64,000 nt of DNA from the NCBI RefSeq assembly GCF_006345805.1, contig NC_043000.1, positions 92,876,001 to 92,940,000 of the forward strand. Direction: 5' to 3'. The translations under genes and the position numbers were made by a program. The notes under the pieces were generated by a model, which was given only the letters and a program-made list of their open reading frames with translations, was not told where the DNA came from and did not search any database. The stretch comes from Octopus sinensis. Taxonomy: Eukaryota. Of the stretch, positions 53,346-64,000 are shown in pieces; the stretch's first letter is position 1, and every line of letters starts with the position of its first letter.

Positions 53346-54046
53346 ATATGTCTGTATGTATGTATGTATTTATGTGTGTGTGTATGTATGTCTGTTTCCA
53401 ACCACCATCACTTGACAACTGATGTTGGTTTGTTTACTTTCCTGTAACTTAGTTGTTCGGCAAAAGAGGCTGATAGAATAAGTACTAGGCTTACAAGGAC
53501 AAAGTCCTGTGGTCGATTTGTTTGACTAAAGGTCAGTGCTCTAGCATGGCTGCAGTCAAATGTCTGAAACAAGTAAAAAAAAAAAGGAAAGAAGAAAATG
53601 AAAAACAATAATGACAAGGCTTTCGGACCACCCTGTACTCTGAATAATTCTTAATTCAACAACCTTTGTAATTATATAGCGATTTCTCAGTGAATTTCTA
53701 TTGATAATTCTCTTAAATTGATTTAGTTTACATTTCATTTACAGAATTTAGTAAATAAAAGATAAATACTTTATTTCATCATTTGCAGGAGGATGAAAGG
53801 CGAAGTGAAACCTGGTAGGATTTGAACACAGAATGTAAATTACTGGAATAGATATTCTTTTATTCTTTTATTTGTTTCAGACATTTGACTGCTGCCATGC
53901 TGGAGTGTCACCTTGAAGGATTTTAGTCCAACAAATTGACTCCAGGACTTATTTTTTAAGCCTAGTAATTATTCACCAGTTGTCAAGTGGTGATGGGGGA
54001 GACAAATACAGAAATACAGACACACACACATAGATACATACATACA

Positions 54047-54077
<31 letters not shown>

Positions 54078-54081
54078 GTAT

Positions 54082-54129
<48 letters not shown>

Positions 54130-54190
54130 ATTATTTAATTTATATTATTTAAATATATAACAAAATTATTAAAAAAAATAATTAATATAA

Positions 54191-54254
54191 CACTACGATC
54201 GTTTCATGGCTGTTAATTTCTTTAAATTTTCAAGTTACAGTCATTCATCAGGTG
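54191..54254 (-). ncRNA. type I hammerhead ribozyme
   Basis: CAC-CUGAUGA-AUGaCUGU..ACAGcCAU-GAA-ACGAUCGU-A^-GUG. The core is intact and stem III has the same palindrome as 49533. The insert lies between (TA)n tracts. Confidence 0.85.
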
Positions 54255-54512
54255 GTTTAAATATCTAAAATATAATCAATATTTTTAAGATATAAATAAT
54301 ATATATAATAATTTAATATAATATAATATTTTACTATAAAATTGGATTCAATCCTAAATCTGATTTTTCCCTGTAAGTTTGGATTTATTCCCTAATATTT
54401 TATTATTAATTTATATATATATATATATATACTATACATATATATAATATATACATTGAAAAAAAGAAAAAGAATGACTTCCCTGGTAGTTCTAATCAGT
54501 TTAATTTATTAT

Positions 54513-54576
<64 letters not shown>

Positions 54577-54664
54577 GTAAGGTGAGCTTTTTAGTTTCCA
54601 TCTATGAAATTCACTTAGAAAGGAGAGTATTACAGTTCACATGAATCACTGTGTATTGTTTGTA

Positions 54665-54930
54665 AAGAATAAAAAGTTTTGAATGGTACAACAATGCACT
54701 ATAATACAGACAATGGGCTATATACCTGTTGTAATTTAGTCATCCATAGTCTGATATGATATTCCGGAATAATATTCCTTCTTCAGATATTCTTAGATGG
54801 AGTCACTGCTGAAGAAGGAATATTATTCCGAAATATCATATCAGACTATGGATGACTAAATTACAACAGGTATATAGCCCATTGTCTGTATTATAGTGCA
54901 TTGTTGTACTATTCAAAACTCTTTATTCTT
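54665..54930. mobile_element. fold-back insert (122-bp arms, 22-bp spacer) with hammerhead-like motif
   Basis: Arms at 54665-54786 and 54809-54930. Plus arm CUG-CUGAAGA-a-GGAAU auu AUUCC-GAAA-UAUCAUA-u-CAG; the minus arm has GGAA for GAAA. Confidence 0.75.
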
Positions 54931-55459
54931 CGCTTACACAGCTTTGGTTGGCCTGAGGCTATAGTAGAAGACACTTGCTCAAGGTGCCATGCAGTGGAAC
55001 TGAACCTGAAACCATGTGGTCTGGAAGCATGCTTTTTAACATATAACCATGCCTGTGCCTGTATATAGAAAAGTACTCTGTACCCTTATCTAGCAATTCT
55101 GCCAATCTGCTACCTCTTCATGAGTAATTCAGTTTATCAACCCCAGAAGGATAAAAGGTAAAGTTGTTTCTTGGTGAGATTTGAACCAAGAACATTAGGA
55201 GTTGAAACAAATGCTACAAAGCATTTTGATAGTTACTTAAAACAACTTTGCCAAATTGTTGCATTTCTTGATCATCACCCTTCCTCCATTCATACCAATG
55301 TCATCCTTGCTTTTACAAACTACTCTTCCAGCCTCATCGCTGCCTCTACTACTACTACTACTTCTACTACTACTACAACCACGACCACGACCACGACGAC
55401 CACCACCACCATCACCACTACTACTGCTGCTGCTGCTGCTGCTGCTTCTACTACTACTT

Positions 55460-55502
<43 letters not shown>

Positions 55503-56190
55503 CAACACTAACAGATCTAACAACACGACCACCACCTCCACCAGAACCACTGCTACTACTACTATTACAACTACTTTCACGATCGTTGTACTACTACTAC
55601 TACTACTATAATACTACTACTATAACTATCACCACCCCCACCAATACGACCACCACCAACGCCACAACTACTGCCACCAATACCACCACTTCCACCACCA
55701 CCACCATCAACATCACCACCACCACCACCACCACCACCACCTACTACTACTACTACTACTACTGACTACTTACTACTGTGGAGGAACCTTCATGCTGCTT
55801 GCTGTCTGACATTTAATACCTTCTGTAGGGCAAACTATTGTGTAATTCAATGCCAAGAAAATTGAAACTGTGGCAGCCTATATGAGAGAGAGAGAGAAAG
55901 AGAAAGGAAGAGAGTGAGAGAGAGAGAGAGAGAGAGAGATGAGGGGAGGTGCTAGGGCCAACTAGCACAGTTGTTCAGGTTTCATATTGTTGCTGTTGTT
56001 GTTATTTGTTTCTCTGTAGCCCAAGGTTAGCTCTGACTTATGACCAAAAGCATTTCAGTTATGACCATCCTGTCTTGCACAGGGAGATTCTAGGTCCATA
56101 TTATGCAATGTGATCTTTTTTTCTAAGACTCTGAAGTCATGTCTCAGAAACATTTGGCTGTTATTTCTGGCATATTGAGTGATTATTTTT

Positions 56191-56422
56191 CTTTTATTCT
56201 TTAACTTGTTTGAGTCATTTGACTGTGGCCTTGCTGTAGCACCACCTTGAAGGGTCCTATTTGAAGTAATCAACCCCAGAATTTAATTCTTTGTAAGCCT
56301 AGTACTTATTCTATCAGTCTCTTTTGCTGAACTGCTAAGTTACAGGGATGTAAACACACCAACATTGGTTGTCAAGCAATGGGGGGGAACACAATCACGC
56401 ACACACATAGATTATACACACA

Positions 56423-56470
<48 letters not shown>

Positions 56471-56858
56471 AATTAGAGATAAAACCACTGTTAGGCAAAT
56501 CAAACAGTGAAAACACTGTTTGATTTGCCTAATAGTGGTTTTATCTCTAATTTATTTTATATTTTATATTTATTTATATTTATACTGTGAAATTAGATTT
56601 AATCCTAAATCTAATTTTTCCCTGTAAATTTGGATTTACTCCCTAATATTATTAATATTATCTTGACTATTGAGCAATTGTAACATATTATATATATATA
56701 TATGACAGGCTTCTCTCAATTTCCGTCTACCAAATCCACTCACAAGACTTTGGTCGGCTTGAGATTATAGTAGATGACACTTGCCTGAGGTGCCATAGAG
56801 TGGGACTGAACCCAGAACCATGTGGTTGGGAAATAAGCTTCTTACAACACAGCCATGC
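56191..56858 (-). mobile_element. family B SINE with an insert in its internal (TA)n
   Basis: Tail at 56191-56400 and head at 56703-56858. Confidence 0.85.
56469..56554. repeat. 41-bp-arm hairpin at the start of a (TA)n insert
   Basis: taaattagagataaaaccactgttaggcaaatcaaacagtg-aaaa-reverse complement (one mismatch). Downstream 56591-56650 matches 54340-54400. Confidence 0.9.
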
Positions 56859-57255
56859 CGGCATCTGTATCTGTATATTTCTTAGACCCTTCAAGTGTTA
56901 TGTGGAGTTATGTAATGAATTCTTCGAAGGGGTTCCAATATTGTCAAATTTAAAGACTTTGGGTTTTTAGCCCTTTATGTTACTATAGCTTCCATCTGTG
57001 AACAGTACTTTGCAAGCATGTGGCTTGGGTTTTAAGTTCAGTCCTACAGCACAGCACCATAGGCAAATGTCTTCTACTTCAGCCCTGGACCAACATGTAA
57101 TGGAACAGCTTGCTTGATGGAAATTGCATGGAAGGCCATTCTGTGTGTGCACGGGTTTATGTACTATACCATTTATATTCATGCTCTTTTCTTTTACCTT
57201 CTTCTCATTCTGTCTTTAGTTGTCCAACTGCTTAGTGTAATGGGGTGGAGATGTT

Positions 57256-57795
57256 CTTATTCCATTCATGTTTTCTGTTGAAGCACAGTGAGTGTAGTAT
57301 TCGAAGTTAGTCGGTGTAGTTTCTGTAATTCTACTAAGTGTGTTGTTTACATAATCAGTTTGAGTGTCATATCTGTTCTATGTGTCATTAATATCTTAAC
57401 ATCCATATTATCAACTGATACTCCATGTTCTAATTCCCCATGTTGGTGGAGCACTGATGAGCTTTTCTCCTTCTTGAGCTCCTGCCAGTGTCACTTATTC
57501 ATTCACCTATGCTTCATGCTGTCACCCCATCTATGTTGTTGTCCAATTTCCACACCACACCTCAGTACACCTTATACTGTAAATGATATTTCTGGTTTCA
57601 CAGTTTACCTATTGGTTTATCCTACACACTATACAGTTGTTATTTGTACAGGGGATTCTTTCAAATGTTCCATAGATCAGGGATTTTATGGGGTTCCCTG
57701 ACCTTTCTGCTACTTTAATCTTAGATTCATCTAATCTAAGGTTTTCCTAAAGGATATACTAGTTGCCACTAGGAATAGTATCAATGAACACGAGA
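57256..57795 (-). pseudogene. decayed Penelope-like element linker and GIY-YIG endonuclease
   Basis: With frameshifts and stops: KIKVAERSGNPIKSLI..ERIPCTNNNCIVC..NCETRNIIYSIRC..DGVTA*SIGE*I..HWQELKKEKSSSVLHQHGELEH..VKIL..FNRKHEWN. Confidence 0.75.
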
Positions 57796-57814
57796 AGCTG
57801 GTATTTTTGGTTGT

Positions 57815-58049
57815 ATAAGGCGGCGAGCTGGCAGAAACGTTAGCACGTTGGGCGAAATGCATAGCCGTATTTCGTCTGCCATTACATTCTGAGTTCAAAT
57901 TCCGCTGAGGTCAACTTTGCCTTTCATCCTTTCGGGGTCAATAAATTAAGTACCAGTTGCACACTGGAGTCGATGTAATCGACCTAATCTGTTTGTCTGT
58001 CCTTGTTTGTCCCCTCCGTGTTTAGCCCCTTGTGGGTAGTAAAGAAATA
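57815..58049 (+). mobile_element. family A SINE, full length, with 15-bp TSD
   Basis: ggcggcgagctggcagaaacgttag head and gagttcaaattcc B-box. ggtatttttggttgt at 57800-57814 and 58050-58064. Confidence 0.95.
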
Positions 58050-59040
58050 GGTATTTTTGGTTGTTATGCCATCAGTTGGCCTTACCTGAGATAGGCGTAT
58101 TTTTGAGGAAAATGCCTCATTTTGCATTGGTCAAATTCGCTCAGCTTTAAATGATTTCCAGCAATATCTGGGAAGTTAACCTTGTGACAGAACTGTGTCT
58201 TATTTGGTGGTGGGTGGGGTGTAATCTCAGTCACCAATATGCTGCAGAAACAAAATTAAGTTCTTATGTATCCTAGGGTTCATGACAGACCTAAGACCAA
58301 TAAATGTACTAGAATCAATGTAATCGACTGATCCCTTATAGAGTTAGTTCTATGAATTACCTTAGCCCTACTCCAGGGATGAAACCATGAAAAGGATAAA
58401 AACATGATAGATATAAAGAAAGCCAAAATTACAAGACAAAAAAACTGAGAAGATTATAGAAACTGAATTCTTTGTGCTAACTCCTTCTGGGAGGTTTTTC
58501 TTTAAGTGATGGGAGGGAGAAACACGATGCTGTGTCAGTCAAAAGATATTTCTTTTTTGTACCAATGTACAACAATGTCTTTTCTTACTTCAGCAACACA
58601 TAAACACACACATTTGTATTCATATATACATATTTAGAGAGAGAGAGAGAGACACGTACACACTCACACACATACACACACACAGATATATAAGCACACA
58701 TGTGCACACACTTAGGGTTTTGTATTTATATAATAAGCTGGGAAAGCAAAAAACAGAAGTCATAAGTAACATATAGGTGCTTTACCTGTGCTCAATGACA
58801 ATGATAACAAACTGGGTCATGAACCCCTTCTGCTGGAGTTTACCAACAGTGTAACCCTACCATAACTCTACATGCCCTTATGCACAAACATATACACTGG
58901 CACCACATAGACAATGTGGGTGTGTATGAGTATGTGCATGGTTGCGCATGTGTGAGTACTCATACAAACATAAATTTACACACATACATACACATATATG
59001 TATGCATATATGTACGTGTATATATATGTATGTATTTTTG

Positions 59041-59091
<51 letters not shown>

Positions 59092-60533
59092 ATATACATG
59101 TGTGTGTGTGTGTGTATATAGATAGATATGTATATACATACATATGTGTATATATGTATAATATATACACATGTGTATATATTATGTGTATATAATATAC
59201 ACATATATATATACATATGTGTATATATGTATAATATATATATGTATGTATGTGTATGTATATACATATATATATATGTATATATACCTACACACACAAA
59301 CACATACACACACACATATATATAATGTTTATGTATGTATATATGTATGCATATATACATAATATATATGTATGTGCATATGTTATATATATATATATAT
59401 ACACACAACACATTATACATATATGTAAATATATATGCGCTTGTAATATATGTTTATATATATATATATACTTATACACAAATACATACACACACATATA
59501 CATATCTATGTATATACACCCATCCACCATGTGTGTATGTGTGTGTTTGTGTGTATGTGTGTGTTTGTGTGTATGTGTGTATGTGTATACGCTATAACCA
59601 AAACAGAAGCAACAATAAGGGATATTGTAAATCCTTCAAAGGAAGGTAATGAATACCCAGTGCAATGTGTAATAATAAAGGTATTCCCAACATTTACCTT
59701 TCAGGATCCACCATTCTATCTCCCTCTCCTTCCTTCCTTCCTTCCTTTACCCTCTTTCCTTCCCTCTCTTTCTTTCTCCTTCTTTAACCACCACCACCGC
59801 CACCACCACCACCACCACCACCACCACTACCACCACTGCTGCCACCACCATCATCATTACCATCGCCATCATCACATCCAGCACTGCCACCGCCACTGTG
59901 GCTCACTGATGGTTTATGTGTTGATGTTGTAACTCAACACAACCAGAATGACAAGAGGAACCTTCAACTTGGCTTGTCTGAGTTCTGAAGCTGAGGGGTC
60001 TACAACAGCATATGTTCTCAGTTCTGGTGCCATTGTGAATTAATTTGATATATTACTGTCAGGCAGGGCACATGGGTGGGGATCAGGGGGAGCAGGGGCT
60101 TCCACCACCCCCACCGACACTACTATGGATAAGTTGTCAATGGAGAAGGCTTCTTTCTTTAAGCATCTATTCTAAATTCTAAAAGAGTGCTGTGTGCCAA
60201 TAGTAGGGACGATGGGGGGAGGTAGGATGTAGATAGATATATATACTATACGTGTGCGTGTGTTTGCGTTTGTGCACACATGCAAGTGTGTGTATGTTTA
60301 CACATGTGCGTATGTGTATATGTCTATGAATATATATATATGTATATATATATATACACGTCCTTTTGTTTTTTCCTGTGTGTATGTGAATAGTTATCTG
60401 TGTGCATGAGTGTATTCTTACACACACATGCTCACACACACACACACACACACACACTAACACACTCATACATAAATATATACATATGTACATATGTATA
60501 TATGTATACATATATCTATATCTATGTGTGTGT

Positions 60534-60564
<31 letters not shown>

Positions 60565-60922
60565 AATATATATATATACATACATATATACAAATATATA
60601 TACATATCTATACACACACACATGCATATATATACATACATATGTTTACATTTATATACATATATATATATATATATATACACACACGCACACACACACA
60701 TGTTTATATATGATATATATGTATATTTGGATGTGTGTGTGTGTAAATAGATAGATAAATACACACACACGCTTGCACACTCACACACTTTTACATCTAT
60801 GTGAATGGATATGTGATTTTATATTCATATTCATATATATATGTATGCATACTTATATGTGGGTGTGTGTGAGTGTGAATGTATATGTATTTGTGAATGT
60901 GTCTGTGTCTGTGTCTGTGTGC

Positions 60923-60956
<34 letters not shown>

Positions 60957-61072
60957 ATGTGTGCGTATCTTTGAGTCAATGAAGTAAGCATTGCACTCTT
61001 TGGAAAGGAGAACAACTCATCGTGGCCCACTTCAAGCACCTCACTGAGGGTGTGGGTGCCAGGGATTAGGGA

Positions 61073-61108
<36 letters not shown>

Positions 61109-61654
61109 AACGATTACCTCTGAAATGTGATAAATTTCTAAGCCCATCAATGAAACTGGGAATGTAATACATTCTTTTCCACCCCTACCGTTGCTTTCCA
61201 CTCCACCACTACCATTACCATCAACACCACCAACACCACTCCCATCTCTGCCATCGTCAAAAACAAAACAACTCCTCATCATGCCTCCCTCACTTCCACC
61301 ACCACCACCACCACCACTACCGTTACCATTTCTCTGTGCATATTCTGTCTTAAGCCAACCTATTGGGGGTCTGGTTATTTACTTTAATTCTGAAACCAAG
61401 TATGTCTCTCTGAGACACCCCTGCCGCCAAAGATACCCACCCTATTTGCCCACCCGCTAACCCCCCCCACCACCACCATCACCACCATTGCCACCACAGC
61501 TTTCACCATCAGTGCCACCACCATCATTGCCATCACCATCATTGCCACCGTCATCGACACCACCACCATCATGGCTTCTAAAAGATGCTTGTGGTGGATA
61601 AAAGAGGTAAGTAAGGAAAATAAATAGTCATAGAAATAACAATAACAATAATTA

Positions 61655-61845
61655 TAATAATAGGCACAAGGCCTGAAATTTTGAGGGAGGGGACTAGTCG
61701 ATTACATCGACCCCAGTGTGTAACTGGTACTTATTTCATCAACTCGAAAGGAGGAAAGACATAGTTGACCTTGGCAGAAGTTGACAGACGAAATGCTGCT
61801 AAGCATTTTGCCTGCATGCAAACGATTCTACCAACTCGCTGCCTT
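61655..61845 (-). mobile_element. family A SINE
   Basis: Homologous to 57815-58049, with an internal deletion. Confidence 0.8.
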
Positions 61846-61856
61846 AATAACAAATA

Positions 61857-61892
<36 letters not shown>

Positions 61893-61913
61893 TAATAATG
61901 ATAATGATAATAA

Positions 61914-61957
<44 letters not shown>

Positions 61958-62812
61958 ATGTTGACAAAGCCCTTACCCATCAATGGTTAGTGTCTTCTGG
62001 CTTAAAATCAGAGACAGAAAAGTTTATCATAGCAGCCCAAAATCAATGTCTACCTACAAGGCTGGGCTAACATTATTAAAGAACGACAGTAGCCCAACAT
62101 GTCGTTATGTAAACAACATAATGAAACCATTGATCATGTTGCCTCCATGTGCAGTCTTCTTGCACCTACAGAGTATCTCAACAGGCATGATAGAGCATCA
62201 CTGGGCAATTTGCAAAACTTGGATCTGCCTCATGATAAAAACTAGTGGGAACACAAACCACTTCCAGTGCTTGAAAATGACCACGTCTCACTCATGCGAA
62301 TAGGCCAGACATTATATTAAAGAACTTCAAACAAAAATCATGCCTTCTCATTGATATGACTGCCCCAATCGACATAAATGTATCTGTCAAGATCTACCAA
62401 AGACTGAGCAAGTATAAAGATCTTGAAACAGAAATTGGCAAAATGTGGAACCACAAGACTAAAACAATACCTGTTGTCATAGATACTCTAGGATTGATAG
62501 CAAAAGGGGCTGATTCTTACCTTGCTCAGATACCAGGAAACCCCAAAATGGTAAAAATTCAAAAGATGGTGCTCATCGGAACTGACCATATCCTACATAA
62601 AATACTGACTGTCTATGTAACCTCAAATTTTAAAACAAACTCATAATTTTCTTATGTTTTCTTAAAAATTCTCTAGAACAATACTTTGTGCAAAAACAAA
62701 TATGACAATCTAGGCATGACACCAACATGAACATCTTACTTGCTGTCTCTTGAGGTCTCTGAGTGAGACTTGGAGTCAACTTGTACAATTAGAAAGCAAA
62801 AGTCAAACATAT
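61958..62812 (+). mobile_element. R4/Dong-type retrotransposon 3' part, decayed
   Basis: SPTCR, EYLNRHDRA, ANRPDI, LSKYKDLETEIGKMW..TIPVVI..LIGTDHILHKIL. Between (TAA)/(TAG)n and (TAA)n. Confidence 0.9.
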
Positions 62813-63009
62813 AATAATAATAATAATAATAATAATCCTTTCTACTGTAGGCACAAGGCCTAAAATTTGGTGGGAGGGGCTAAGTCGATTACATCGACTT
62901 CCAGTACTCAACTAGTATTTAATTTATTGACACTGAAAGGATGAAAGGTGAAATCGACTGTATCAGTCTTTGAACTCAGAATGTAGCAACCTAAATAATA
63001 ATAATAATG

Positions 63010-63067
<58 letters not shown>

Positions 63068-63304
63068 TAATGATAATAATAATGATAATAATCATCGTCG
63101 TTGTCGTTTAACATCCGCTTTCCATGCTGGCATGTGATGGACGGTTTGACTGAGGGCTGGCAAGCCAGAAGGATGTACAAGGCTCCAATATGATCTGGCA
63201 AAGTTCCTACAGCTGGATCCCCCTCCTAACACCAACCACTCCAAGAGTGTAATGGGTGCTTTTATGTGCCACTGGCACATGATAATAATAATAATAACAA
63301 CAAC

Positions 63305-63610
63305 AAGAAGTTCTTTCATTCAAGCATTCTTTCCCATAAACTCAGTGTATATTTTGAGTCACTTCGGTTGTAGAGGTTCCTTTTTTGTACTCATAATGTG
63401 CCTCAAATGCTCTTTGGATACCTCCATGCTAGAAAGTGTTTTAACCAAAGAAATTTTAATTCTATTATTCTGTAAAATAATATTTAATTAGTTTAAAATT
63501 ACACAAATGCATAAAAATAGTTTTTAATTCCATTAGACATTCTAAAATACTATTAAATTTCATTCAATTTTAAAAAAGGTAAAATCAGACAGAACTTATG
63601 GGATGACCTG
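63305..63610 (-). mobile_element. mariner 5' end (TIR plus start of transposase)
   Basis: Minus strand caggtcatcccataagttctgtc terminus. ATG at 63427 gives MEVSKEHLRHIM then, frameshifted, EYKKGTSTTEVTQNIH*VYGKECLNERT. Confidence 0.75.
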
Positions 63611-63707
63611 TTATATATTAATATATATACACACATACACATGCATGTGCACGCACACACACTCGCACACAATTATATAAATATATATATATATATATAA
63701 TTTTTTT

Positions 63708-63941
63708 ATTCTACCTGTTTCAGTCATTTGACTGTGGCCATTATGGAGCACTACCTTGGGTTTTCGCCGAACAAATTGACCCCAAGAGTCTATTTTTTGT
63801 GTGCCTAATACTTATTCCATCAATCTCCTTTCGCTGAACCAATAAGTTACAGGGACATGAAAACACCAACACCAGTTGTCAAGTGGTGATGGGGGGACTA
63901 ATACAGACACAAAGATATACACACAAATATATATATATATA

Positions 63942-63979
<38 letters not shown>

Positions 63980-64000
63980 CGATGAGTTTCTTTCAGTTTC
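63708..64000 (-). mobile_element. family B SINE (cut by window edge)
   Basis: Tail and internal microsatellite are homologous to the other copies. Confidence 0.85.

Larger units (their letters stand above)
53856..55035 (-). mobile_element. family B SINE split by nested hammerhead-bearing inserts
   Basis: Tail at 53856-54030, middle at about 54585-54618, head at about 54940-55035. Foreign sequence lies between these pieces. Confidence 0.75.

Noticed and set aside
298-63491. Dozens of ORFs rich in YI, CV, HT, poly-I, poly-Y, poly-H, LS and MYVC
   Set aside because: They are translations of di-, tri- and tetranucleotide microsatellites lacking stop codons.
1-64000. CRISPR array, rRNA or prokaryotic operon
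   Set aside because: No repeat-spacer periodicity, rRNA signature or gene-dense region was seen; the sequence is eukaryotic repeat-rich DNA.

Overview
AT-rich, microsatellite-saturated eukaryotic (animal) intergenic/intronic DNA. The SINE repertoire and repeat style suggest an octopus/coleoid cephalopod (inference). No intact host gene is supportable, and almost all listed ORFs are translations of (TA)n, (CA)n, (TACA)n, (TAA)n and (GAT)n tracts. Recognisable content: many copies of four SINE-like families; a 5'-truncated RTE LINE; several R4/Dong-type restriction-like-endonuclease retrotransposon 3' fragments, all in (TAA)n; decayed Tc1/mariner and hAT elements and MITEs; and a decayed Penelope-like GIY-YIG endonuclease. 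The main hidden signal is about a dozen loci carrying type I hammerhead ribozyme motifs of several distinct sequence families. They sit in short non-coding inserts that are often fold-back (palindromic), often abut (TA)n, and in two cases have 13-14 bp target-site duplications. One has a 333-nt unit with terminal redundancy (retrozyme-like). Three motifs (one of them duplicated) show compensatory changes of the catalytic-core 3:8 pair (G3:C8, U3:A8). All folds were derived by eye and none is experimentally tested.
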